The position numbers and the translations under genes were made by a program. Positions 35,515-47,957 of a stretch of 64,000 nt of DNA are shown piece after piece (positions within the stretch are counted from its first letter, which is position 1; each line of letters opens with the position of its first letter). The notes below the pieces were generated by a model, which did no database searches, was not told the origin of the DNA, and saw only the letters and a list, made by a program, of their open reading frames with translations. Source of the DNA: Chiloscyllium plagiosum (taxonomy: Eukaryota); assembly GCF_004010195.1 (NCBI RefSeq), contig NC_057711.1:80016566-80080565 (forward strand), given 5' to 3'.

Positions 35515-36420
35515 AATTCACTAACGAGGAAGAAAACAACAGCAAACTGCCACTCCTGGGTGTCACAATAGAGCGAACAATCAATGGGGAACTTCAAACC
35601 AGCGTATACAGGAAAACAACACATATGGATCAAATATTGAATTACAGAATAAATCACCCCAAATCCACAAACAAAGCTGCATCAGAACATTATTCCAACG
35701 AGCCACCTCTGCAACACAGAGGAAAAAGAATGGATACTCAATGGACACAGTCCGCAGATTTCTCAGCAGCAAACCCAAACAAGCAGACAAAACATGTCCA
35801 GACACTAGCCACTCTCTCCTACATCAAAGACATCTCAGAAATGATTGCCCAACTACTCAGACCTCTTGACATCATGGTAGCCCACAAAACCCACCAACAC
35901 ACTAAAAAAGCAGCTAATGAACTTGAAAGACCCTATACAAACAACAAGCAAAACTAATATCATTTACAAAATATCATGCAAAGACTGTAACAAACACTAC
36001 ATTGGACAAACAGGCAGAAAACTAGCCACCAGGATACATGAACATCAACTAGCCACAAAACGACATGACCCTCTCTCAGTAGTATCCTTACATGCAGATG
36101 AGGAAGGACAACACATCCATCCTAAGACAAGCCAAACAGAGACACGCAAGAGAATTCCTAGAAGCATGGCATTCCAACCGAACTTTATCAACAAACAAAT
36201 TGACTTGGACCCGATTTACCACACCTGAGAAAAAGAACAGGAAATGGCATCACCATAGGAAATGACATCACCACAGGAAATGACATCACCAACCCAAAAC
36301 AAACCCAAACATATAAATAGAAAGCAGAAATCAGTCATCAGCAGTGCTTCATCTGGAGGCTCACTGAAGACGTTACCTAGTATGGTGATGAAATGTCTGA
36401 AATGAACCTTCCAGCTCAGG
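35515..36420 (+). mobile_element. Penelope/Poseidon-type PLE, 5'-truncated
   Basis: RT thumb (FT.EEEN..KLPLLGV...YRKTTHMDQILNY); GIY-YIG NIIYKISCKDCNKHYIGQTGRKLATRIHEH; 18-bp repeat ggaaatgacatcaccaca three times at ~36240-36290; hammerhead core near the end. Confidence 0.92.
36361..36400 (+). ncRNA. Hammerhead ribozyme-like motif in the Penelope terminus
   Basis: tca-CTGAAGA-c-gttacc(tagtat)ggtgat-GAAA-tg-TC^-tga; stem I tca/tga. Confidence 0.6.
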
Positions 36421-36449
36421 CTAATATATAAAATATTTAAGAAAGGTAT

Positions 36450-37085
36450 TGCCACAAAGCAGGTCCCTTTTTTCTAAAAACTGTTCCTTTTCTCAAGGAT
36501 ACTGTGTCCTTGATTTTTTTCAGAGAGGTTGTACACGGGCCGAGCTCCCATTGGACTAGTTTGGTACAGAGATTAAAAGGTATTGAGAGACCATTTTGTT
36601 TATATATAAACAGATGTGACTTAAGGCCAAAGTGGTCATGTTTTAGAAATGACCTGTATAATGGAAGGGGAGTGGTCTGCTCTCGAGCTGAGCAGTTCAG
36701 TCCTAAAATAGTTGGGAGTTCAGCAGTGGACTGTGTGAACAGGCTGTCTCTCGTTCTACCTTTCTAACTTCAACTTGTATGCCTCTGTTCCATTTTTTGT
36801 TTCACTGTGTTTTAAGGGGGGTTACTTTGGGGGACTGTTGTGTTTATTCAGAACAGCATAATTAAGTCTAGTTTGGATAGACTGAGTTCTATAAGGGTTC
36901 TTTGTTCTTTGTGTATCATTGTGTAATTTTGTGAATTAAATTTTGTCTGTTTTAACACCTGGTAGTCAACCTCATTAACTGACTCCAGATAAATTTCACT
37001 GTACACTTACTGAAACAAATTGCAAATTTACGGGCTGCACTGCATTTTTAAGAATGTTTTGAGTGGTCTGGCCTAGTCCATAACA
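36450..37085 (+). mobile_element. Solo LTR (636 bp), TG...CA termini, 4-bp TSD
   Basis: Begins tgccac, ends cataaca; TSD gtat at 36446-36449 and 37086-37089; TATA-like tatatataaa near 36601; ATTAAA near 36935; the flanks rejoin a CR1 3' sequence. Confidence 0.75.
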
Positions 37086-37404
37086 GTATGGATAGATTTG
37101 TAGATACTCAAGGTGTCAAGGGATTTGGGGAGAATGCGGGAGTACGGCATTGAGATAGAGGATCAGCCAATAGCAGATCATGCACAATAGTCTCCTCCTG
37201 CTTCTAATTTCTATATTTCTAACATCACTGTAACACCTCCTCAAGTTCAAAAACACAATCATTTACAACAGCCCTTTGTTTCCTGTCACTCAGCCAGTTT
37301 TGTATCCATGTTGGTCCTGTCTTTGTTATTCCATGGGTTCGAATATTTTTGTCAAAATTTTAATGTGACACTTTATCAAATGCCTTTTTCAAGGTGTAAC
37401 CTTT

Positions 37405-38185
37405 TCTTCTTTACTCACGGAATGTGGGCATCTCTGGTTAAACCAACGTTCATCGCATGCCCTAGTTGCCTTGAAAAGGTGGTGGTGAGCTGCCTTCATG
37501 AAATGCTGCCGCCCATGTGCTGTAGGTAGACCTACAATGATGGGAGGGAAGGAATTTCACTATTTTGATCCAGCAATCGTAAAGGAACAGCGATATGTTT
37601 CCAGGTCAGGATGTTGAGTCGCTTGGAGGTTTAAAATTGAAGGTGGTGGTGTTCCCTTATATCTGCTGCCCTTGTCTTTCTCGATGGAAGTGGTCATGAG
37701 TTTGAAAGGTGCTGTCAAAGGGTCTTTGGTACATCTTTCTGCTGTACTTCTTGTCGATATTGCTTTCTGCTGCTACTGAATGTTGGTAGTAGAGGGAGTG
37801 AACGTTTATGGATGTGGTGACAATCAAGCGGGATGCTTAGTTCTGGATGTTGTCAAGCTTCTTGAGTATTTTTGGAGCTACACTCGCCAAGGCAAGTAGG
37901 GAATATTCCAACAGACTCCTAACTTTTGACATGTAGACTTTGGGGAGTAAGGAGATGAGTTGCAATATTTTTCGCCTCTGACCTGCTGTTTTAGCCACTG
38001 TGTTTATATGACAAGTCCAGTTGAGTTTCTGATCAATGGGATTCCCCAGGATGCTGATAGTGGAGATTCAGTGATGGAAATGCCATTGAATGTCAAGGGG
38101 TGGTGTTTAAATTGTCTTTTATTGGATATACTCATTGCCTGACATTTGTGTAGATGCCAGTGCTGTAACTGTACTGGAACAACTT
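37405..38185 (-). mobile_element. 3' fragment of the unassigned APE-RT LINE
   Basis: Reverse complement of the 52880-53790 family (tgtcaagcttcttgagt, ccagttgagtttctgatcaatgg, gccattgaatgtcaagggg). Confidence 0.8.
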
Positions 38186-38954
38186 GTGCACACGTATAAG
38201 TGAAAACCAGGAGGCTGGAACTCTCTAGACACCAGGCTACCCGAGGTTATGCAGCAAAATCATCTGAAGCAAGCCAGCGAAACAGTCAGCAGGCTTCTCC
38301 TAGCTCAGCTGCAGCTGGCGAATTTTGCCAATAAGTAGCTGGAGGTAAAGAAAGATTACACAACATTAAAGCCACTTTGGACACTTGAGTGTCAACTATG
38401 TGTGCAATCTGATATGACACAACTGTAGCACTTTACAAACATCCATCTGGTCTCTTTCAATCCACTAAGTCTTCTGACTATTCATGTTTTAATTACAGAC
38501 TACCTTGAGGGTCACTGATCATTGCACACCATTGCATACATATCATGTGGAACAATACAAAGAATGCTGAAGATGTAATTATCTGCTGGTCTCTGGAAAG
38601 AACATCACCAGGAAAGCAGAACCCTCACCTGGATTTTTGGGTTTTAGGAGTAAGTGTGCTGAGTGATAGATGAGTGCCCCTTTGAAACTGGGTTGGTTGG
38701 CATAAGTACAGTCCCAATGTAATCCTGCAGAAAGATGTTCTGACTATTAAACTGAACAAAAATTCATTGGTGCCAAGGAAAATAAATTAAATCACAATTA
38801 ATTGTAAACAAAGTATCTCAATCTTTTAAAGGTATTGTACAAGGATTCCTTTGATGGCATATTTGGCTTGTAGTTATGATTATTCACCTAAGTTAATGTA
38901 AAGGCATTTGCCATCAAATCTAGTTGCTAACATGTTCACTTGAGTTAGAGGTAA

Positions 38955-39157
38955 AATAAAATGCAGATTCTTGAATCCAAAGTGGATGAGCAGGAGCCAG
39001 GAATGACACAGCAAGCCAGGCAGTATCAGGAGATGGAGAAATAAACATTTCGGGTGTAACCCTTCTTCAGGAGTGTAGGTTGGGGTTGGGTGAACTGCAG
39101 ATTTCTCCACCTCCTGATGTTGCCTGCTTGCTGTGTTCTTCTAGTCTCCTGCTTGTT
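38955..39157. mobile_element. Palindromic PLE-derived insertion (same terminus as the 12603-13954 element)
   Basis: acacagcaagccaggcagtatcaggagatggagaa...tttcgggtgtaacccttcttcagga, then the forward copy ttctccacctcctgatgttgcctgcttgctgtgttcttc. Confidence 0.8.
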
Positions 39158-39179
39158 ATGTTCTCTCAAGCTGACTTGC

Positions 39180-39988
39180 CTCACTACTTAGCATTTTAAT
39201 CAGACACCCCTTTCTACATTACCCGAGGAGATAGGTCCCTGGGTGATCATCCTATTTTTGAGCTCGGTTGTGCAGGGTGCTTTTGTGGAAACCCTGTCCA
39301 CTGAGTACTGGGATGTTACTCCTGAGTGGTCTAGGCAACAGAACCATGTTTCGAGAAGACAAACTGTTTGTCCAATGATGGTTCTAATGGATGCACAGGC
39401 AATGTAAAGCACTGTTTGGCATCAGTCTGAAGGTCATGCATTGAGTTCTTTAGCCACTACTTCTGAGGCACCCCTTGTTACCCATGAGCAATTTGTTGAT
39501 ATGAGGCACACAGAGTGGTAGAGGTTTGGAACTCTTCCACGAATGCAGTTGATGCTAAATCAGTCATTAATTTTAAATTTGAGATCTTTCTTTTTCGGTA
39601 AGCAAATGTATTAAGAGATATAGGTTAAAGGCAGGTATATGGAGTTAGGTGCAGATCAGCCATGATTTCTTCAAATGGCAGAACAGTCTTGAGAGGCTGA
39701 ATGGCTTAATCCTGTTCCTATGTTCTTATGTTTCCATATATTCCAATGAGATGATGTAGAGGAATGAACATTTCCAGAATCTGGAAGCTATGCAGAATGT
39801 AAGCTTTGTGACAGCTTCCTGGACAATGGGCAGACGGGCTGTAGGAATTGTTCCCGATGTCAAAAAGGAGCTGGACATTGATGGAATGAATTCCCTTCCT
39901 GTTCAAGAAACCAGCTAGATGATACCATCGAGTTCTGAAAGCCACATGTGTGCATTCAATAGCCCCTGGACTTGAGCGAAGCCAGCCA
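39180..39988 (-). mobile_element. HARBI1-like Harbinger transposase relic, split by a CR1 3' end (~39510-39732, + strand)
   Basis: PGAIECTHVAF...FLNRKGIHSINVQLL.D...PGSCH.AYIL (39745-39985) and C-terminal TIIGQTVCLLETWFCCLDHSG...QYS (39200-39412). Confidence 0.85.
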
Positions 39989-39994
39989 AAAATA

Positions 39995-40590
39995 CAAACA
40001 TATAAATTACGAGCAGGAGTTGGCCACTTGGCATTGTGAGTATGCTTAGACATAGAATAAGACCATGGCTGATCAAATTATTCCACATTCCCACCCATTC
40101 CTGATAATGCTTACTTATTAAGAACCTATCTACTTCTGCCCTAAGACATTCAAAGACTTTGCTTTCACCACCTTTTCAGGAAAAGAGTTCCAAAGACTTA
40201 TGAACGTCTGCAAGAAAAACATTCTCTTTATCTCTTTCTTAATTGGGAAAACCCTTATTTTCAGACAGTGTCCCTAGGTTCAACGTTCTTTCTGAACAAG
40301 ACAGCTCAGGATCTAGTTGCAATCATGCCACCTCTTTTATTCCGAACTCAGGTGGATACAAGCCTAGTCTGTCCAAACTTTCCTCATAGGATGACTTACC
40401 TATTCCAGCTATTAGTATAATAAATCTCCTCTGAACGGCTTCCAACATATTCATATCCCTCCTAAAATAAGGAACATAGTCCTGTACACAGTATTCTTGA
40501 TGTGGTTCCCCCCCCAATAAAATTGGAACATATCCTCCTTAATTTTGTTTTTGATTTCCCTTAAAATAAAGGATAACATTTCATTTGTTT
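39995..40590 (-). mobile_element. CR1 LINE 3' fragment
   Basis: ORF 40323-40517 EYCVQ..VPYFRRD...LEAVQRRF...YEESLDRLGLY. Confidence 0.85.
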
Positions 40591-42734
40591 TCTCATCGCT
40601 ACTGGAGTTACAATTTGTTTCCACACAGAACAATTCGATAAATAGAAAATCAATGTGAAGTGTTAAAGTGCAAAATGTTGACCAGGTGAAGAGAAATGAA
40701 TTAGTTCCCATCATTTTGGACTTGTAATTATTTTTAGCATCTAGCTATATCATACTTCAACTAAAATGTAGTTTGCCAAATCAAAATTTAAGAATTTACT
40801 TACAAGGTTTTGTTGAGTGAAAATAAGGGTTTTATTACATACTGATCAAGAGAAAAAAATTAAATACGACATCAAGCATACACATAAGCACAGGTATAGT
40901 ACTTAAAAAGGGATGAGTGCACATTATAGGCTGGAAGATAAAATATCATGTAGTTTAGATATCGTTAGAGTTGTGAAGTATTAGGTTTGAACCTGAGATT
41001 ACTGTTGTTTAATTGATGAATTGCAGCCTCAGCAGGAACAAAATTTGTAGATGTCTTTGAGTTCTCAGAGATCTTTTCTGATTTGCCTTGTGTTGCGTTC
41101 TGAACGGCTGAAAAATAAAACAGGGAGAGAGAGAGAGGGAGAGAAAGTGATTCCTCCACTCCTGCTGTTTCAAATTTGTCGTTCAATGGATTGCTCAAGA
41201 GCAGTTCAATTGCCCAAGAGCAGTTCCTTAAAATACTGTTCATTTGCATATTCCCATGTTTGGCTCCATTGTTTTTCCAAGTTTTTCCGCCTGCAGGTGA
41301 CTTTCATCTCCATTATATCAAACTTACCCAGAAAAGTGGAAGTCATGCAGGAGTAACAGAGTGATTAGTTTCAATCATTTGTTAACATGTTCATTTCAGT
41401 TCAGACTGGCATCTTCTTTGTTGATGATTTCATGTAGCTTGGCTCAAACTGGTCAGGTGATCATTTCTGCCATCTTAGGTCAGTGGTTCTTTTCCTCTTT
41501 GCAGCATATTTTTTTCAGAAAGGGTGGCAAGTGTTAAAAATCGGACGATGTAAATTGAAAACTGATTGCCCATTTTTTACCACAGTCATACCAGCATAGA
41601 AATATAGCGTAATCCAGAGTTCAAGTAAAAAGATAACTTGGCCCCATATATTAACATTAGTGTAATGTTTCACCAAGAGACACATTTAACCAAAAAATTA
41701 AATGGCTGACACAATGGCATACAAAAATTATCCTAAGGACTTTTCTCACAAGAATTAATCATGTAAATTAGTTATAATATATATCGCTGTCCCACTTTCC
41801 TATTTGATGGTTCCTGGAAAATCACATTTCTAAGCTCTTTGCTGTCATCCCAATTTATTACACTGTGGAAAATCTGAAGCAGCCAGTGGATTGCTTACAT
41901 TTCACAAGCAGCTTAATTTTTCATTACCAACTGAAAAGATACAATTCCCCCCTCCCCATTAAATTATTGAGGAGCATCCTGTTATATTTATTACAGAAGG
42001 GGGCTGATATTACTAGGAGTTGTCAAATTTCAGCTTCCTGTTGTTGATTTCATACAAGTTCCACACACATTGGCTGGCACCTTGCCAGCTTCCCATCAAT
42101 CTCTCCCCAGCTGCTTCAACCTCAGGATATGTAAGAGCAGTGTATAAATTACAAGATCAATGCCCGATTCCCCTGCTGCCACAGGGACTATTGAGAAATT
42201 AATATGAGGATCATTATAAATAAAAGATTAAAGATGATGTGGCCCATGGAGTGTAAAATATTAAGGCTGGAGAAGATCTGTTCTTACAGTTCTGACCAAA
42301 TTAACCCCCTCAGGGGTTGCACACTCTCTGAAGGGTAAATCAGTGTTAAAACTGGACGAGGATCATATCACGCTGTGGAATATTGATAATGAAATTATTA
42401 ATGCAGTTGTATGACATGCCTTTGTCCACAAGCTGAATTAAGTTTTTTTTCTAATGTATCAAATCCTTTGTTAGTGTTGATGTAATGAGAATTTCAGCAG
42501 TTTTTAAAATATATTTGAAATAGTACATCTTTTCTTCAACAAAACTATTTGTCATGTCAGTGTTTAATGGTTCAACAATGAAGGTACTTCTTTCAAATAA
42601 TGCAGTATTTATGCAACTCCACCTCTCTGTGAATTCTCACTCCAACTAACTCAGTCATCTCCTTAAAAAAAACTTCCTTCCATCATAAGTTTAGTATTAA
42701 ACTAGAATCACAATTCTTCTGATGTGTTATATCA

Positions 42735-43000
42735 CAGTTTAAGGCGAGAAGGGATCTAAGAGGCAATGTTTTCACACAGAGGCTAGTGCCTGTATGGAAT
42801 GAACTACCAGAGGAAGTGGTGGAGGCTGGTACAATTACAACATTTATTAAGCATCTGAATGAGTACATGAACAAGAAGAGTTTAGAGGGATATGGGTCAA
42901 ATGCTGGAAATGGGAGTAGATTAATTCATGGTATCTGATTGGCATGGACGAATTGAACCAAAGGGTTTGTTTCTGTGCTGTGCATGTTTATGACTCTATG
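42735..43000 (+). mobile_element. CR1 LINE 3' end
   Basis: ttttcacacagaggctagtgcctgtatggaatgaactaccagaggaagtggtggaggctgg; tail tatgactctatg. Confidence 0.88.
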
Positions 43001-43084
43001 AAGCAGTCCATGCTGGTCTACATCAGGGCCTGAGCAATGTCCAGTCTTGAGATGACAAGTGGCAGATAAAACTCCCTATAGACC

Positions 43085-43930
43085 CATGATTATGTAGCCA
43101 AATTCTGAACAAACACCAACTACAAGTTTGCGACGGATATCAAACAACAATGAGTCAGAATACAGAAAGGAGAGAGAAGGCTTGGTGATGTGGTGCAATG
43201 ATAACAACCTCTCTCTCAATATTAGCAAAACTAAAGAGCTGATAATTGACTTCAGAAAGAAAGGATGAACGCATCCCTGCATCCATATCTATGGAGCGAA
43301 GGTTGAGATGATTGAGAGTGTTAAGTTCTTCGGAGTGACAATAACTGACAATCTATCCTGGACTGGCCATGTAGATGCAACGGTCAAGAAGGTACAACAA
43401 AGCTCATCTTCTTCAGGTGCCTCGAAAATTTGGCATGTCCATAAGAACCCTCATCAACTTTTACAGATGCACCGTGTGTTGTCCAGGTGCGTAATGTCCT
43501 GGTACAGCAACTGTACTGCCCAGGACCATAAGAAACAACAGAAGGTGGTGTCCATTTACAGATCTCGTTGCCACAGAAAGGCTTCCAACATCACCAAAGA
43601 CCCCTCCCATCCTGGCAGTGCTTTCCTATGTCAGGCAAAAGATACAGAAGCTTGAACACACACACACACACACCAGCAGGTTCAAAAATAGCTTCTTCTC
43701 TGCCGTTATTAGACTAATGAATGGGTTATGTAACTTCATATAGTACTGATTTTGCTAATGTTGCCTTGTGTACCTCCTGTCCAGTGTAACCTGTATGCCT
43801 TACTCTGTCCAAGTTCTTTTCATCCTATGATCTGTGTGTCCTAGATTACTGTGATCTGCCTGTACTGCTCGCAATCAAAGCTTTTCACTGTACTTAGGTA
43901 CACGTGACAATAAATCAAATCAAATCAAAT
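43085..43930 (+). mobile_element. Rex1/Babar-clade LINE 3' fragment
   Basis: ISNNNESEYRK..GLVMWCNDNNLSLNISKTKELIIDFRK; ESVKFFGVTITDNLSW..HVDATVKK; tail aataaa(tcaaa)n. Confidence 0.8.
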
Positions 43931-44305
43931 TCATCTCCATAAATGTTGGATCGATCCTCAAGTGATTGATTATCCTGAACAGGGGAAAGCCCAGGCGTCT
44001 CTCCTCAACTATTGGTAGGGCAGCCAACCCCTGCTTGCAGTGAGGGGCTCGGCTGTCCTTATTTTGCAATGTATTTCTTGCTCATCATTTTGGAGGCTTG
44101 CATGCCTGTTTGTCATGTGAAAAATGGTGCAGGAACATGAAATTTCTTAACCATGCTATGTGATATTACAGTACCACATTTTCGGTTCATATTTCAACAT
44201 TTAACATTTTAAACATTTTAAAATATTTGTAGCGTTAATAATTTGTCTGCCATCCAGTTAATAAAGCTTGATAATTTCATCTAAATTGGCATCCTAAAAT
44301 AATTG

Positions 44306-44480
44306 CAGAAGAACCTCGATTATCCGAATGACACGGGCAGGGAGTATTTTGTTCGGATAATCGATTATTCTGATAATCAAATGCTGAATAACACAGTTTA
44401 GCCAAGCTTTGGGACCTTGTGATCTTGCCTAATAATCTGAAATTCAGACAATCGAATGTCAGATAATCAAGGTTTCTTTG
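44306..44480. mobile_element. Tc1/pogo (Tigger-like) MITE
   Basis: Terminal inverted repeats cagaagaacctcgattatccga / tcagataatcaaggtttctttg; TA on the right flank; internal gataatc repeats. Confidence 0.7.
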
Positions 44481-44952
44481 TACATGGTATCAAAAAATTG
44501 ATCTGTTTAGTGACTCATAATATCCAGGTCACTGCATCACTTCATTAATTCTCTTCATTTCAAAGCATTACACAAAATGCTGGGACAAAATAAACTCAAT
44601 CTCAATTCAGTCAGCAGAAACAACCACCTTTTAGCATATTGTATCAAACAAAATAAATGATCATTTGAAGCTTCATTGTGAAAAGAGGGATCGATGCCAG
44701 TCCGGAATTTGCTATAACAAATGCTTTTGCCATTTTAATTGTGTCTTTGTCTTCTTAAAAATTTCCTTTTAAAGGGTCCTGGGAGACCCTTTTGCAACCA
44801 ACCAACAATAGAATAGGATGGTCCTATCACCTTTCTCTAAAGATAACCATTCTGAATGTGTCTTTGTAACCAATGAGAGATATAAACTAAAGATCCCATG
44901 AAGAATAAGAAGGAACTGCTTACATGGAACAAGGTGAAAGTAAATGCAGGCA

Positions 44953-45069
44953 TGGCCGTTGTAGTGCAGAGGTAGTGTCCTTATCTCTAAGCCAGGAGAC
45001 CTGGGTTTAAGCTCTATCTGCTCCAGAGGTGTGTAATAACATCTCTGAACAGGTTGATTTGAAAATATC
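44953..45069 (+). mobile_element. Short tRNA-derived SINE (~120 bp)
   Basis: A-box-like tagtgcagagg, B-box-like gggtttaagct; homologous copies at 49475-49592 (+) and ~62090-62196 (-). Confidence 0.65.
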
Positions 45070-46489
45070 TGAAAGAGAATACAATTTTCTAAGTGCTGGA
45101 AGATAAGTACATGACACAAATCATTACAAATGCTTTTTCAAGTACATGAGTAGGAGGATGTGGGTGAATATAAGAAAGGAATAATATATGGTTTTGTTTG
45201 CATATTTGGTCATTTAAGGACAATTAAAATAAATCATTAAAAGATAATCAGGTGGAATATCAAAACACTGAAAAATAGTAAAAACCATTGGAGAGATCTT
45301 TATTTTTGAAACAAGATAATGAAAGGTTTGTGTCAGTTTTATAAGACAGAGAACTTTTGCAAGTAACTATTCATATCATAAATGGAGAAAAAATCCACTC
45401 AAAATACTTGCGGAAATGTAGGCCACATAGGATTTATTTCTGTTTTGTTCGTTCCAAATGCTACTCTACATTACATTGATGAAATGCAATTAGACCCCAA
45501 AAATTCATATCCATATCTACACACTCCTTTCATGGCATCTTCGCTGGGGACACTTAACCAACAAGGAAATGGGTCAAGACCTTGATATGCCAGGTTACAA
45601 CTATTTGCTGAGGTTTTCTCAATGACCACCACATACATGGCTTTTATTAAGAGGTATAGTGGACCTTGGGGTCTTAGAAGAAGTAGTTCCATCTAGTCAC
45701 ATAGAAGAGACATTAAGAACTGGAGTGGTTATAGGGTTAACTTAGGAATTCAGAACAGGGCTTTGTCCCTGAAGAGGCTCCATTTTCTTTCAATTTATTT
45801 TACAATTTAGTCCCTCATAATGTGGAGTCACTGGGGTCACCATAACATTGTGTCCATGGGGCATTAAAATCTGCTAGGGGTCATCTGCAGCTATTTTTTC
45901 CAGATTCCCCAATTTGCTGGGTACTCAAGATGTGCTCTAATGTCTTGGATGGCAGGTTTGAATCAAATTTCCAGAAAAAATAGAAGATGACTCGGCCAGA
46001 TGGAACTTTTGCGTTGGCTGTTTGGCGGAGTTGGCGTTTGATGTTTGGCATTTTGTTGGATATGTTTGATCAGTTCCTATTTTCTGCTCATTTCCCTCTG
46101 AAGAAAGTAGGCTGGTACAGTTCTGCCTGAGGACAGCAGATGGAAAAACGCTTCCTCTGGGAGCTCTCCTCAGGATTCTGCTAAGGGTAATAATGGCTCC
46201 TGAAGTGATGCGGTGACCCCAGCACCTCAACAAATACCCACAGCTGGTCAGTAGAATGCTAATATTCCTAGTTATTGTCCTGCCTTTCCTTCTTTCTCCT
46301 GTTCTCCTTCTTGCTGGAGGGAACCCCTTCCAAATATGCGATGTCCTTGATTCTGGCATTCTGTCACTCCTATCAGAGCCTTCTCACTTTCCTTTGAATT
46401 TTTCCTAACTGGCTCACCTCTTCACCCAGAGATCCTCCATAGTGTACCTGTCAAGATGTGGCACCACATTTAACTAAAGACAGCTTTGG

Positions 46490-47957
46490 ATCTGGATGTA
46501 GATTTGCCAGCTGATATGGAAGGTTCAATTTCAGATGTTTCATCACCATACTGGATAACATCATCAGTGATCCTCCAGATGAAGCACTGGTCATGTGGTC
46601 CACTTTTTATTTATGTGTTTAGCTTTCCTTGGGTTGGTAATGTCATTTCCTGTGGTGATGTCATTTTCTGCTTTTTTTCTCGGTGTGGTAAATGGGATCC
46701 CAGTCAATGCGTTTGTTGATAGAGTTCTGGTTGGAATGCCATGCTTCTAGGAATTCTCGCAGGTGTCTGTGTTTGGCTTGTCCTAGTATTGGCATGTTGT
46801 CCCAGTTGAAGTGGTATCCTTCCTCACCTTTATGTAAGCATACTAGTGATAGGAGGTCATGTCTTTTTGTGGCTAGTTGATGTTAATGTATCCGGTGGCT
46901 AGATTTCTGCCTGTTTGTCTAATGTAGTGTTTGTTACAGTTCTTGCAGGGTATTTAGTAAATGACATTAGTTTTGCTTGTTGTCTGTATAGGGTCCTTCA
47001 AATTCACTAGTTGCTGTTTTAGTATATTCGTGGGTTTGTGGGCTACCATGATGCCAAGAGTAGTCTGGCAGTCATTTCCAAGATGTCCTTGATGTAGGCG
47101 AGCATGGCTAAGGTTTCTGGATGCATTTTGTCTGCTTGTTTGGATTTGTTGCTAAGAAATCAGCAGACTGTGTTCATTCAGGACCCGTTCTTTTGAATAC
47201 ACTGTATAGGTGATTTTTCTCTGCTCTTCGTAGTTCCTCTGTTCTGCAGTGTGTGGTGGCTTGTTGAAATAATGTTCTAATGCAATTACATTTGTGGATG
47301 TTGGGATGATTGCTTCTGTAGTTCGGTATTTGGTCCGTATGTGTTGTTTTCCTGTAGACGCTGGTTTGAAGTTCCCCACTGGCTGTTCATTCTACTCCAA
47401 CATCTAGGAATGGCAATTTGTTGTTGTTTTCCTCCTCTTTAGTGAAATTTATGCCAGTAAGGGTATTATTGATGGTCTCGAAGGTTTCCTCTAATTTGTT
47501 TTGTTGAGTGATGACAAAGGTGTCATTCATGTAGCAGATCTAAAGTTTGAGTTGGATGGTTGGCAGAGCTGTTTGTTTGACTCTCTGCATTACTGCCTCT
47601 GCTAAGAACCCTGATATTGGAGATCCCATGGGTGTTCCTTTGGTTTGTCTGTAGGTTTTGTTGTTGAAGGTGAAGTGGGTGGTATGGCGTAGGTCCACTA
47701 GCTTGGCGATACTGTCCTTGCTGATGAAGTTGGTGGTGTTTGGTCTATGTGTCTTTGATTCTTCTAATAGTGTATTCAGTGTTCCCTTGGCCAGGTTGAT
47801 GTTGATGGATGTGAATAGGGCTGTTATGTTAAAGGAGACTATTATTTCAATCCTCTTCTATCTTGGTGTCTTTAATAGTCTTAAGGAATTCTTGGGTAGA
47901 GTGGATGGAATGGCGTGAGTCTTCTACTAAGTGTTTTAGTCTTTAGTGCAGCTCCTT
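46490..47957 (-). mobile_element. Penelope/Poseidon-type PLE, 5'-truncated (same family as 35515-36420)
   Basis: Minus strand: KELH*RLKHLVEDSRHSIHSTQEFLK...VSFNITALFTSI; GTPMGSPISGFLAEAVM; GIY-YIG NVIY*IPCKNCNKHYIRQTGR. Confidence 0.92.
46531..46570 (-). ncRNA. Hammerhead ribozyme-like motif in the Penelope terminus
   Basis: Minus strand tca-CTGATGA-t-gttatc(cagtat)ggtgat-GAAA-ca-TC^-tga. Confidence 0.6.

Noticed and set aside
36238..36292. CRISPR-like or regulatory repeat array (ggaaatgacatcaccaca x3)
   Set aside because: No spacers; it is part of the Penelope 3' UTR and also occurs in the 46490-47957 copy.
38190..38740. Possible LTR-retrotransposon pol remnant
   Set aside because: Composition looks like decayed coding sequence, but I could not find a diagnostic motif.
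43655..43672. (CA)n microsatellite as a separate feature
   Set aside because: Short run inside the Rex1/Babar fragment; unremarkable.
45937..46359. 140-aa minus-strand ORF as a gene
   Set aside because: No recognisable domain; probably an old unidentified repeat interrupted by the neighbouring Penelope element. Left unassigned.
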